This document shows positions 11,691 to 25,545 of a stretch of DNA of 64,000 nucleotides, in pieces. The stretch spans positions 2,046,001 to 2,110,000 of the forward strand of contig CDPCPM010000091.1 in the NCBI GenBank assembly GCA_976551045.1. The letters are read 5' to 3'. Position numbers and translations under genes: made by a program. How positions within the stretch are numbered: the first letter of the stretch is position 1; every line of letters begins with the position of its first letter. Source of the DNA: Glaucostegus cemiculus (taxonomy: Eukaryota). Under the pieces are notes generated by a model, which was given only the letters and a program-made list of their open reading frames with translations, was not told where the DNA came from and ran no database searches.

Positions 11691-13987
11691 CAAAACTTTG
11701 CTGAATTAGCTGGCCTTTTGGTGAATTAGCTGCAGGTGATCAATAGCATCATTTTAAACCTAGCTGTTTTAACAACCAACTGAAAGAAGTTAATGAACTT
11801 TCTGGGAAAAATTTAGCAAGTCTCAATAAGGACAAAAAGTTAGCAAAATGACATCCTTTCTAGGAGGCAACACTTCAAAAATGAAAGTAGTTTTAACTTA
11901 CTTCCTGGCCTGCCATGAGATTTAATGCTCGCCTCTGCCATTACCATTTAACAAGAGAGGAAGGACCTCCCCATTGCTGCTGACTGACTCAGTTCATCAG
12001 CTAATATTCCACGAAGGTGCCAATGTTCCCTTGGTGCAGAACCTATTACTGGATGGGACTTTGGATAGCCCGGTCAAGAAATGTTCTTAAAGGCAAAAGA
12101 ACTTTGTTTGTTGTATCAATGGGAACTTAACACTCCATAGGTTTTAAGTAGGAGAGGCATCCAATTACCTGATAAAAGTTCTGCATAAGCAAACAATACC
12201 ATTAGACAGAACTTACTCCCTGATTACAATCTTTGTGCAAGCATAGAACATTTCTCAGGATAACTTTGTATAAAATACCTCTCCCTTCTAATGGTACTGC
12301 TACCTGGCTGAGGATAATCATCAATATTGTGATGCCAAATTTTCAATGCTAGATAGGCAGCACTGAACTTGTGTGTATTAATTTGCCAGCAAATCAATTG
12401 CAAGATTTAGTCAATCAACTAATGTATATTCCTACAAGCCAACAACAGTCTGAGCTCTATGCAAAAAAAAGCATGATGGTCAGCTGCTCCTCCAACATTT
12501 TGTGCAAGTGTAATAGTGGTCTGAACACTTCAGATTTTCCAATTTATAAACAATGGGAAGTTGATGTGCCTAATTAATTTTATTTTAAAGGTTAGTTTTT
12601 AGCATTTTTAATGCTACGCACAGGTTCATGAAAACTCTCAAAAATGAGTCAACAGGAATTTTAACATGCAACTAAATTTCTGAGTTAAACGTTCAAATCA
12701 CTTTTCTAAATTCTGTCACAGGGAACTTAGAGCAGGTAAGGAAGGCCTTACCTGACCAGTGAAAGGGAATGTCACCTTACAATGTGAATAGTTGGTATAG
12801 AGACTGGGCAACAAATTGATGAATAGCCTGCAAAATCAAACTTTATGTCCCACGTATTTCATCAGCCTCTACTTTTGTGGTATGTGCTTTGAAAGGGATT
12901 CATAGTTAATCAGTTAAGTACATAGGTGGAAACCTGTGATTTGCTGCATTCAAAAAATCTGTGATTCAGCAACCATGATGTGATAGATTAGTGTAGCAAA
13001 CTGCCTGGGCCACCCTTATAAAATTCAGACATAGCACTGAAAATTGCTTTACATCTTGCAAATTTTGTTGATACTTAAGTATACAAGAAAACTAATGACT
13101 CTCTCTCTCTCTCTTCCCTGCCCTCAACTTTGTCCTAAACCTTCCTTTCCCACCACCATTTCCCAACTGAGGAGCACAAAAATCTACAATTTACAAAAGC
13201 GCAACCTTGTTTTTGGATTCCAATCCCTTCAGAAAGTGGCATGACCAAATTGTCCCTCCCTACGCAGGACTGGTGAGGGGGTGGAACAAGAAATGAGAAG
13301 CAAGAATTCAAGAGCCATCCAACAACAGCAGTGTTCAATAAATACACCAATATAAATGCTATGATAAAGAGTCAAATGAAACCAAATGAATATAAACTCT
13401 TCCAATCTCAAACTGTATTTTATTCTTGTCCAATCAATTTGAGGTGACTTCTCAATTTATTGTTTTAAAAAAATGTATTTCTTTCAGGCTGAACAAGCAT
13501 TAAGAATCTTTATTTTAAAAGTGTAGCATTTCATTTCTAATATTTTTTCATTCTCCTTTAACCTTCAATTTTCACCAATAAAAGGCATCAGCAAGTGTGT
13601 GTTTGGAAACTGAGGAACTGTGCAATCTGTCCAATAGCGCCCTTTCATTTACAAACCGTCTGACTCATGGAAGCAGCAGGAAGTGCCTGGCATGAAATTA
13701 TATTTAAGGAAAGTTATTTTTCCCCCTGCCTTAGTAATGCATCCTTAGCAAAGATACAAAAGGAAGGTTCTAAATTGAACACAAAAACATTTAAATTGAA
13801 TTAAATTGCAGTTGCACATTACTGAAAATGTACAAGTGCTCAAACAATATTTAACATTCAGTTCCGATGCAGACATGGATTTCCCCAATGGCTGAGTAAA
13901 GCAAAATTCAGAAATTTCATCTGAATTGCACTCTGATCCCAGAAAGAAACTAGCATTATCAGTGAAGATTTTTCCCCCTTGACCTAC

Positions 13988-14120
13988 CTGTTTTGGGGTC
14001 CACATCTGCTGGTAAGTGTGGTGGAGGGTTACCTGGTGTGAAGTGTTCATTGCTGTATGTTATCAGCGGCGTTAGTGGATGAACATGATGAGGATGCTGC
14101 ACAACAGGTACTTTGTTAGA
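13988..14120 (-). CDS. tcf7l2: TCF7L2 coding exon (exon 6), 133 nt: [44 protein letters not shown](G)
   Basis: tttttcttttgacag|TCTAACAAA...AAAACAG|gtaggt, phase 0-1. TCF7L2-diagnostic residues [22 protein letters not shown]. Confidence 0.97.
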
Positions 14121-15107
14121 CTGTCAAAAGAAAAACATGAAAGAACGTGGGTTAGACAAAGAGTAACCATCCAATGAACCATGACAAGACTAATGGCACC
14201 AATCTGAAACCCAAGTGATGCTGGGAGGAGATGAGGGAGAGAACACTTGATATTTAACAGCCTTCTGTTAATTCTCCAACAGAAAATATGCGAACAGATT
14301 AAGTGGTGCCAAAAATCAAGAGACCTGTATTAGATGATGAATGGTTCTGAGTCAGATTTTATTTTGATACATGTCACCTCTCTTCTGTTAACAATTTAAA
14401 AGAATTGTAACAAAGGAGGGCAATTTGAATGACTGTTATAAAGCAACCATATCTGATACTATTTATTAATCAGGTTTTGATTTCTTAGTAATCATAATTA
14501 TTTTACCACATCAAAATCTGTTAAACAGGAACCATCTTAAATTAAGAAATTAAGAGTCCAAAAGTTCATCTGGGGGAAAAAATTATTAAAATACCAGCCC
14601 TCTTACAATGATAGATGACTTATAAAATAGTCAAAAAGACCAGATATATTTTTCTCATGCATTTAACTGGGTTTATGAATTGCCAGGAGGAAAAAAACCC
14701 GTCTTTCAACTATTTTATTGACTCCAATTGAACTTGCCTACAGTACTCTTATAACCAATCATACTGTTACAAATGGAATAAAAAATTTGTACAACTTCAA
14801 ATTCAATTAAAACAAGATAAAAATGGCCATAAAATTACAAGAATTGTACTTCATGCAACATTCCATTAGATAAAATTAATTGTAATGACTCAAACTTACT
14901 GCAGTGCAAATTAATGGGTACACATACATTTGAAAATTGGAGGTAGACATTATTCTGAAAAAAGTCAATGGCTTATGGTATCATCAAGTCTGTTTTATTA
15001 CTGACATGTAGAGCTTTTACATTACACGTGTAATCTCATGACAGAGTATCATGGTGCAGACTTTTTCCCCCCATTTCTCATTTCTTAATCTCTTTCCCCT
15101 TTTCTTT

Positions 15108-15160
15108 GGAGCAGACTTGATGAGCCAAATGGCCTACTTCTGCTCCCTATTCTTGTGAAC
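15108..15160 (+). mobile_element. CR1 3' tail fragment
   Basis: gcagacttgatgagccaaatggcctacttctgctcc. Confidence 0.6.
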
Positions 15161-18100
15161 ACCTTTTTTACAACACAGGTCTGAAAAATCTGAGAATAAG
15201 ATTATAAATTCACAGAAAAAGTGAGAATGTCCCACTTTATACCCTACTTTACTAGACCATGTTACCTGTCTACCAATAACCAGTGTTTATTACTACTTCC
15301 ATGACCCCACCAAGAGACATTGAGCAGCATTTACACAACACTACATTTTATTTAAAAGGCTGAATCAAAATACATTTGGATAAAAGTTTTAATACTATTT
15401 TTAAACATGAAACCATAATGGTATTAAATTATTGGATTCTACTTTAGTTACACTGAACACCAAGTGTGCAAAATCTCATTTTCAAAGTTGCTCAATAAGT
15501 TCCGCATATTTTGAAAAACACGACTGGTGTATAGGATTTGCAGGACTAATATTGTTACTACTTGATACAGCAGTAATGACCAGCAGCCACCAACAACCAT
15601 AAGCTCCCTTTTCTTAAGAAAACAGATTAGCTTCCCATTGAAACAAATGAGATGCAAAACCTTGAACTTCAGCATGAAGATTTCATCACAGCGCCACAGG
15701 GCATTTTAAGCAGTGGAATCGCAACTGTCTGCTTTTTCAGCAGAAGGCTTTGTCCACTGGCATCATAAGCTTCCTGTAAGTCTATGCTTTGGAAAGAATT
15801 TGCTGCAAAGTTCTGAGAGCAAACAGCAGGAGGCTATAGTTAGTTATTTACTGTCTACAGACTCTCCTGCTTCTAATTGGCGCCTGCAACTGTAGTAATG
15901 AGTTTACAGGACACATGGACAATGCAAAGTAGATGATGATTCAGTTTCTTCCCCTTCATCAACAAACTAATTTTGATTGTAATGAAACATTTACAAACAA
16001 AAAGAAATCAATTATGGCCCAACACAATCCAACTGCAGTCCATCTCATTTTAGAGATTCGTTTGATCTGCACCACTTTTCTCTTCAAAATCTACATTAAG
16101 GAAGGCTCATATTTTAGTCAGACAAGAGAACTTTAATTTATCATGCATTAGCACACAAGAAAATAGTAGTTCCCTACTCAGCAAAGATCACAGTTCTAAT
16201 ACAGAGTAAAGGGCTTGGATTATTTCCTAAGGATGTGGTCCTCTGCTGCACCAAGACCTGATCTGATCCAACCTATAAGCCAAGTTCTCACTGATGAGAC
16301 AGGAATTGATCCGATTCCCTTTTGAATGTCTTGCCAGAGTTCAAAAGTCAATTAGTCCAAGTGAGAAGTGTGCCTTAAGCCAAGTTCAACACATGCCTGT
16401 ATTTTTTAAGCTGATAAATAATGACTCAGGTTCTTTGTTTGAGCACAAAATACCTCTGTATATCCATGTCATTGATTCCCTCTTATTATTTGAAAGGAGT
16501 GGATATTCTTCTACTGACCACCAGCATTGTTAAAAATAAAATATCTTGGCAAAATAATCTAAAATGGAATCAAAGCTTACCTTTCCACTACCTGCAAATT
16601 GCACTAATCAGTGTCCACGTTTGTACACATTTGTTTACCCTACATTGGCTTCAAGAGCCTCATAATTAGTGCAACACGCAATCCAGATTTGACTGGCTAC
16701 TCCTGTATAAAACTAACAACCAGCAGCACTAAATAACCAAACTCTCTCAAGAGACCAAAAGAATAATTGATATGACGAGCCAGATCTAAGCAGATATAGA
16801 CAATCACATTTGTTTCGATTAAAAGATGTAACATTTTAACTTTCCAGGATGTTGACCTTGTTTCAGCAGGGCTAAAATTGCTGGTATAGTCGATTCAAAG
16901 AACATGCATTTCATTACCAGGAAAAAATGTCCTAAACTATTTAGGAGCAAGAAAGTTATTTATTTCAAAGCAATTCAAAACTAACATAAGATAGGAGGTA
17001 TCCCAAAACCATTCTTGATCTTCCTTACAAGCGACTTACTACAAAGAGAAACAAAAAGTTGGAGAGTAAAACCAAGAGGGAGAAACAAAAAGCAGACAGA
17101 AAAAAAAACAAAACACTAAGAGGAACTGTACAGTATTTGCATAAAGAAAAAAAAAATTAGCATTGTTCATTCAGGGGACCCTGGCCAAGCTCGTATTAAG
17201 TCATCTCCAACTAAATATTAATTTACCCTCTATAAAAATACATATTTGCATCATCTGACAGTGCAGCCCATCTGACTAGTGCTCCCAATTTGATTGAGTT
17301 TGTTTGCACTTTAAAATCAATTAGCCAATAAAGCATTCAGATGTTACAAGCATCTTGCAGAATACAGCAAACAACAATGCAAGGCACAAAATGAGCTGTA
17401 ATACAGGGCAGCTCTTTAAATTACATCATCAATTGTGGAAACAAGACAAAGCTTGAAAAGTGAACTACAAGGGTAGTAACAGGACCTAGAAGTTGCTCGA
17501 GAGCAAACATCCCAAGTTGTGGGAGTAAATTATGTCTAGAGATGATCATACATGCACATAAATCACAGGACTGTGAAACTACATCTGAAATTTATGGGAT
17601 AAATGTCATCTATTAAAACAAAATAGTACTGGGGGGTATCTTATTGAGACAATTAACCTCTTTTTTCCCCCCAATTTATGATTAATAACAAAAATGCATT
17701 TTATAAACCATGTGTTTCTACTATTTCAAAATAATAGATTTGAACAATTTTTGTACTTTTACATTTGTCAGAAAAATATTGTCAAACTATTAAAAATCTT
17801 GCAGAGGAAGTCAGAGTCCCCTTTAGAAGCAGTGACTTCTAATAACAGACAAAGCAGCAAAATAATCTAACGAAAGACCTTAAGGCAGTTATTAATAAAA
17901 AGAGTTCAAATGACAGGATTCAATGAACTCTAACTTGCTAGTAACTGTATTGATTTTAATTCAGTCTCCTACACAGTCTCCCCAAATGGGCCATCAGTGC
18001 CTAAAGTAACAGCTTGATTTTTAAACAGAAATACTGAGGAGTCACTAACACACACAGTCTTAAATCACATATCATCTGCTGAATTCAGTAGCAACCAACA

Positions 18101-21100
18101 CATCTGAACTAAACATGATTTGTGCAAATAGTTAAAACCTAGCAGTGATAAAAAAATCCAAAATGACTTAAGGGTTTATGATAAGAACTAATCCTCCCCA
18201 GTTCTTGAAGATTTAAATTCTGTTCCTTCAAGAATAAAGTGACCCAGTGCCAGATAATTTTTGACTGAAAATGTTGAATACATTTGACTAAAATAGCAAG
18301 CAAAATGGCAATACACACCGAAGATTTAAAAAGCACAACTTATTACGAGACCCACTTGATAAGTTAGTGCAAACATTTCATATCAAAGCTTAAGTGGGCA
18401 ATGAGAGGTAGTATTATTCATATTATTTCATTAAGTAACCATGAGAATTTATTTTCAGAAGGAGGGCAGAGAAAGGAAGATACAATTATGGCCCTTCTTA
18501 AATTATGGGATCAACTTCAAAAACTTGCAGCTAAACTGCTGACAAGACAGTAAATACTGCAGAAAAATATTGATTTTTATTAATTATCATGATTTGCCTG
18601 TCAGTATGCACATTAGTTTCTGGGCAGGTAAAGCAGATTTAACAGTACAGACACTCTTTTATGTACTTCCTTTAAAATATTTAGATGAGATCAGTGGAAT
18701 GTTTTACCTTGTAACTATTCTTTCCCTTAGTGCACTACAATTCATTGCTCCAGTCCAGGCATAGTGATTGGTTTGGTTCAGTGTCTGCTGCAGAAACATG
18801 CAAATTTGGGTTTGCGATCAAATGGGTGGAGGACAGGCCCTGGGAGTGGCTGAGGAGGACAGACACCTTGTGAACAATTCAGAGGGAGGACGGATTGGAT
18901 GATTCAAGCTACTGCTGTGGAGGCCAGACACTGTGGGATCCACAATATTGCGGGTTAGGCAGGAGCTTAAAGTAATCATTATAAATATGTACATTCCATA
19001 ATAGATGTCAATTCCAGCTTGTATAAACCTCAGGTGGTTGGTGCTCTATGTGGAGACATTACTCCCAAGGTCTCTGGAAACAGGATCGTTACTGAAAGGG
19101 AAATTTTAAAATTAAAACTGCTGACAGAGCCAATATTGTATTGGGGTCAAATTTGGGATTTATCATGCTTGACTTTTATTGGCGGTTAGGAATCACGGTC
19201 CATCTGGTGCTGCCCATTTTCACGTAGAAACTACAAACCTTGTGTTACCTGTAGCTCACTTCTGAAAGATCACAAGTGCAACTACAAAATCTGAATCTCT
19301 TTATACTAATTTTGTAATCACGTTTTCCAATACTTAGCCATGTTTTAACTTTTTTTTTCTCCCACCCCATTTATCTCCAAGGTCATCCCCTAACCCCACC
19401 ACTTACATCCCTTAGGTAGAATTTTTTCTCCTTTAATTATAGTAAACAAATTACATTGAGGGAGAAGCTACACAAGATAACAATATCACTATTGTCGATT
19501 TAGAACTGTTATTTAGAATTTACATGAAGGAAAGAGGATGTTAGAATATTAAGTTGTTGCCAAGGGAGGAAGTGGAGGAAATGCCTGTAGGAAGTGGGTC
19601 TGTCCATCAAACAGTGGCAGTAGGCAGGCTGTGAAGGAAACGCCTCCTCTTGGACCATTGCACAGCACTTTACCCAGGAAACTCTACAGTCAACCTCTGA
19701 CCTTTCAAGTGTACTTAAGCATCACATTCCAAATAATCTGCAGTGGGAGATGTTTCACTAGGGTGGACCCTGCATAGCATTCACAATCAGGAATGTGGCA
19801 GTCAAAGATTGATTGAACAGTCATAATCCTTCCCTGCTTTTAAAAAAAAGATTGGTAACCCAAGAGAAATGAAAGCTTGCCATTCACCTCTGATGTCATT
19901 AATCAAGAGGCAGGCAAAACAAACTGGAAATGCTACGATCATCATTCTACCCTGTCCCTTCTGCTGAATGCACCCTATTGCGTTCATCGCAGTTCTGTGC
20001 AGCTGAAGAAAGACTGGGTCTGAAAAGTACATTTGTACTCAAAGTATAATAAAACAAAAGCAGCTACACAAGGGGGTTTGTCAGTCTGCCTTCCCTGGGC
20101 TCCAGGCTAATTCTGGCAAGTCCTATGCTTTGCTCAAATTACTAGCCTTAAGCTTGGCGGCTATACCCAGGCATGGCTTACTTTCTAAAGGTACTAATCT
20201 TAATGGTCTGCCACACTCGAGTCTCTTATTGCAAAAGTCTGCTCTCTATTAACTCCTTAATTGTTGTGCAGCTATATACCAACTGCAATTCTGAAAGGAG
20301 AGGGAGATCGTCACTAAAAAAAATCTATTAATAGTTAAATTTTCTTTGGCAACTCTCGCTCAATAATAACTCTTCACACTAACAAATGATGAAAGATTTG
20401 CTAAAGGACAATATTTAAATCCATGCATTCATTCAACATTTTCTTTACATTGTCCACACCAGAAAAAAATCCTTCACACCTGAGTAAGCATTTTCTCCCA
20501 AATCTACTTTTCCTATTCTTATTTATACAGTGGTCTGCGCCCTTTCACAGTATTATATAGCTCATTTCTGGCCAAGGTCTTGCCCTTTGTTAGCTGGCTA
20601 TTGTTCCCAAGGACAAGGCCTTCATTGACTAGTAAAACTCTCCTGCTCAGGAAGAGGCCTCTCGTCTCCTCCAACAAACGATGACAGGACCACTGACACA
20701 ACAGCATATACCAAGACAATACTGCACAACCAGGCAGCACAAAACTGCTCCCGAATGCTCTCACATATTTCCAAGCTGTTTCAGCTGTCAAGAAAGACGG
20801 ACCACTTTCTGGCCACCCAATTGTTACAACTGTATTTGCAAAACCAAACTAAAATCATGCTCTGGGGCCTACTACCCTCTGGAGGCATGTGGTGGAGAAC
20901 TACTGCTATTAAACGCATTTAAGTTAACCGTTAATTGCTCAATTATACCACTTCCTAGCATATATTGGTCACTGAGTTTCAGTAAAACAGCCACCCTTGC
21001 GGTTGCATCCTCAGTAACACCCCAGCATTTTTCAAAACTTCCCCATCAGTCAACCTTTCAAGGGATAAATATATAAATCAAAACTACTAATTCCAAGTTC

Positions 21101-24100
21101 ATTTCTTTCCATTACTCCCAGAATAGGAAAAAAACCGCAAGCAGTTTAATTTGTTGTATTTTAAAAATCATCATTGTTTGGAAGATTTCCTAATAGCCAT
21201 CTAATGAACTCACAACTGGCGAGAAAAGTAAAATCTGCTTTTGAGCTTGAGGAAGGAGGGCATGTGGACCTACAATTAAAGATGTGAATGGAACTTGGAA
21301 AGCAAAATAGCGTTGGTTGTTAGCTAAATAACAGCCTCAAAGAAAATGGGGCAAATGATGAAAAAGCAAACTGACAAAAACGATGGATTAACATGTCACG
21401 TTATAGTACATTAAATAATGCTCGAGAATATTTGAGTTACGCTAGCTGCAGCATACATTCCATTGCACATGCAGTGGCTCACTGAAAGGAGTCCTTTATC
21501 CCCAATTGCTTTAAGTAATTCTACTCATTTTACACATACTACAGTCCCTTTATAAGAAGTAAAGTCATACAAAAAAGGCACAATTTCAGAGATTGATACT
21601 CGGCAGTTTCCTCTGTTACCCGGTGACCCATAGTTATAACTTGTACAGAATAGAAAATTCTGTGTTATATCAGAATCAAGCAACTTGTCCATGCAAGTCC
21701 CTTTTATAATTTTTCATTTATTTTTGACCATCTTTATTTACCTAATTAATATTTGTCTTGTAACAGAATTCCTACAGTTACCTGCCCAAGTTAACTGCTA
21801 AATTACCCTCATGCTGAATTTTAATACATGTTATTTAGTACTAAGTCAGTCTTGGATAAATCTTGAGACTTAATTCACACATTGAGTTATTCTAGGCGGT
21901 TGTCTAGAAACACACAAGATTTTATTTACAGTGCAGTTATTTAGATGGTTGTTGATTTATTTCCGTTTGATAACACTGAGCTCGAGGGCAGAAAGGTTGC
22001 GGTTTACAAAGCAGTTACCATTTCTTACAATGCACATATGCTTATTGAGAGGAGCCTTGAGCATCAATCTTTTCAGCAAAAGAAAAATCAATTTGCACTT
22101 ACAGCAGTTCAGTCGAACATACAAAAGATTTTCACAGAGTCTGCAGTACAATGACTGAACTCTGTGTAGGACGTATGTGCCAGACTGGACAAGTAGTTAA
22201 AGGAAAGTTAACTGACAGACTATGATCGATTGGTGTTTCAGGTTGACAAATTCCAGCAGAACAAGACATCTGCCAAGCATGTGACCTGATAAATAGCAGC
22301 AGCAAAGCTCAAGTCCAAATATTCATTTCAGTATAAACTAAAAAACATTCACGTGCGAGTAGAAAAAGTGACGAACGGGAAAAGAGACCACAAGACAATG
22401 TCATACATTATCAATAAAGGATTACTTTTTTTTGGAAAAGGTTGCATTTTCATGGCTTTCAAAACATATGGAAAATGACTACAGCACCTTTGTGCCCATC
22501 ATTTTGCCTGGAGCACTTAGTAACATTAATGTAGCTTCAATCAGTGAAATTACCATATTGAGTGATTAAGCAACAAAATATAATTGAGCCCTCTTAATGG
22601 GAACACCCGCACAGAGAACAAAATGTTTCCTTTACCCAACTATTACCAAGAAATCTTGAGTGGCAATCAATTGTGTATTGGAAGTATCAGAAAACAAGGC
22701 AGTAATTGATCATTAACAGATTTTTCCTTACAAGAAGAGATTGTGGAACTATTTCCTTGTATTTGTCAAAAGTGCATACACTGAAGTCAAGGTGAAACCT
22801 GCTCTGCCGCGATCGAGGTTAAATTGGTTAAACTGTTACCTTCTACCACTGTCTCTCTCTTCAGTCAGAGAAGGAGCCATTTCAGCTTTGCAAGATTAAA
22901 CTAAAAATATTCCTACAAACTACTATTCTTGCAATTAAAATTGATTGGGATTAAAATCAGCTATCGGGTAAATGCTCCCTCTCAAGTATCAAGATGGCTT
23001 CACTGTCTGGAATGCAATTTTTTAGATTAAAAAATTATACCCTGATAACATAAAAGCAGGGATTGAGGGGGGGGGGGGAGAACAAGTTGGTGCAGAAACA
23101 CTTCAAAATCTTGCAGGAAAAATTAATACTTTACAAGGTGAACTTAGGTTTTGATATTATAAACACCATATTTGAAGTGATTAAAAAATTTACTTCATAT
23201 CCTACTGAAGCAAATACATACAATCTCAAAAACACTGATTTTTAATTGACAACTTTGGATACCAACAAGTACCAAGTCAACATATATAATTGATGCTTTA
23301 ACCAATTCACACGACTGCTTAACATTTACTGTAAAAAGTCCCATAGCGGACTTCACATCTGTGTAATCGTTATTCAAACAATAGTCAATGCCATATATGT
23401 CATTAATGCCATTAACCAGAATATAAAAGTGTTTTGTGGCTTAATTACATTGGGAGTGGGTGGGCGCGGAAGTTCACTAAACATTTATCAGGAAAAAAAT
23501 AAAATTTCAGCCTTAAAATGCACATTTTATTTGTTCTGGTGGTATGTTCAAAACATCTGGCACTAATTTTGTTCATTGCAGGAAAAAGACAGCCCCACAG
23601 CAGTGGAATATATACATACACACACGCACAAATAAAAACCTCAACATATTTACATTAAAAAAATAGATTAGATTTGCTTTTAAATCCAAGGAGAACACAT
23701 TATCAAACCTAAGCCAGTGTTTGGTTATGTTCTAAAATATCAATGAATGCAAGACTTTTGTTGCACAACCCTAGAGAGCAGTAACGCATACCAAAACCTC
23801 AAAAGTGAGGCTTTCCTGCGAACTCAAAAGGACCCTTCAGAAATGCTCTGGGCATATTCCTTTTTAAAATTAAATATTATCCAATGTCGCTCAAAAATCT
23901 TAATGAGCACAAAAAAATTGGAAAAACAACTTGCTGTCTATGATTCTACAAATACCTATTATATCTGAGGAGCGCCCTGCTTCTAATAATTTATTTAAAC
24001 TATTCTTTTTCAGTTCAAACCTTCAGTAGCTGTGAAATTTTGGAGAGGATCACAGACACTATTTTAGTTTAAAAGGGAGCAATTATTCCGTGGTGTTTTA

Positions 24101-24757
24101 GCTACTTTCTTGGACTGGAAAATGTAAAGCACTTAAAAATGATAATTTTGTGTTTCATGATCCAGCTGATGTCTCTGATTATAAAGAGTTAATTAAGAAA
24201 GCCATCCCTCCCCTTCAAAATGACATTTAGATAGTAAAAGGAGAAAGCTTTTTTGCATTTGGGTCATATACATGATTTGCATACTGTTGCATAGAAAACA
24301 GCTTTGACAATTGAGCCATATTAAGAAACACTTTCTCAAACTACATGAGTATATTTCAAATCTATTTTAAAAGTACAATTTAACTAATTGGAAGCATGAC
24401 AGTGGAATGTCAGAACTCATCAGGATCCTAAAATGTAAATTTTGCACTAAAATCTGTGTGTAAAATATCTCAAACTAGATAACTATAGAGAAAGAAAATC
24501 GGTATCGAGATGGTTAAAACAACTTTCCTAATGCAAACCCAATGTTATGTTGCCTACAATTGTTTTTTTCTTTTTTTTTGTTTCTTCTTCACAGAAGAAA
24601 TTCTTATGAAAGCAATGTTACAAAGGTCACAGTTTCAAGTGTTGGATAGAAGGTCGCTACCTGAGCTGACCACCTCTTAACCACAGTGACTGGCCTTATC
24701 TGAAGCCCATCGGGTGAAATAAAATATAACCGTGCACTGTAGCATACAGTAACTTAC

Positions 24758-24880
24758 CCAGCTGTTTAGATTGAGGTGCCAGCAACCAAACTGATGGAAA
24801 AAGGAGAGCCCAGAGGCTAACGTTCCTCCTTTATTGTTCCCTTCTTCCATTCCCAGCAAAATTGCATCCCTCGGGTACAT
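24758..24880 (-). CDS. tcf7l2: Candidate alternative first coding exon, 41 codons: MYPRDAILLGMEEGNNKGGTLASGLSFFHQFGCWHLNLNSW, in frame with SNKVP
   Basis: GGCGGC-ATG start, 123 nt open, ends TGG|GTAAGT in phase 0. The upstream sequence is purine-rich with no acceptor tract. Confidence 0.6.
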
Positions 24881-25464
24881 GCCGCCTTGTCTTCTGTTGT
24901 CTCTTAACCTCTACAACTTTTCCCCCCCTTTCTCTCTTGCCTTGGTGCCGACTGCGCTTTTGTTTCTTCCTGGTTTTTCTAGCGTCTTTTTTTTTAAAGT
25001 ACTAAAAAAAGATGTCTCAAAAGATCAAGAGCTTCCCAGTTCTGTGGCCTGGTGTTTTTAGAACCAACATCCTTATTCAAGTTTGCCGTTGGTTGCATCT
25101 TAGTCCGAGTGCAATCCTATACCTGCTGTACAGCAGGGACCAAAATTTAGGACACAAACGATAACAGATCACTGCATCAAAATGCTCACTTAGGAATGAG
25201 CAAGACCGCACACACGGGTATAACCTCTTGCGTACTATTTATTTTCTTTTCAAAGCCTACAATTCTCCTAGGATTACCAAAATGACAATGCTGCAACTCT
25301 ATATGGAAAGGTATCAATAAGAGCAGGAGAGAAGAGACAAGCAGCGGTTAAGGGAGCATGATCAACAAACTGTAGCATGCAGTCACATCTGTGGGAATGT
25401 CAAATCCCTCACGCTGAAGTTCTGGGGGTAGAGCTGCGAGAAAGCCCTATTTCTTGTCACAGTG

Positions 25465-25545
25465 ACATATATATACACCATACATATATACACACACACA
25501 CACTCACATACATACAGACACACACACACATAGATATATAAATGC
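25465..25545. repeat. Compound (TA)n/(CA)n microsatellite
   Basis: Read directly. Confidence 0.9.

Noticed and set aside
13988-14120. Assignment to tcf7l1, lef1 or tcf7
   Set aside because: Diagnostic residues in all three exons match TCF7L2.
21931-22158. Three overlapping ORFs
   Set aside because: Short, no known motifs and no convincing splice sites; expected by chance.
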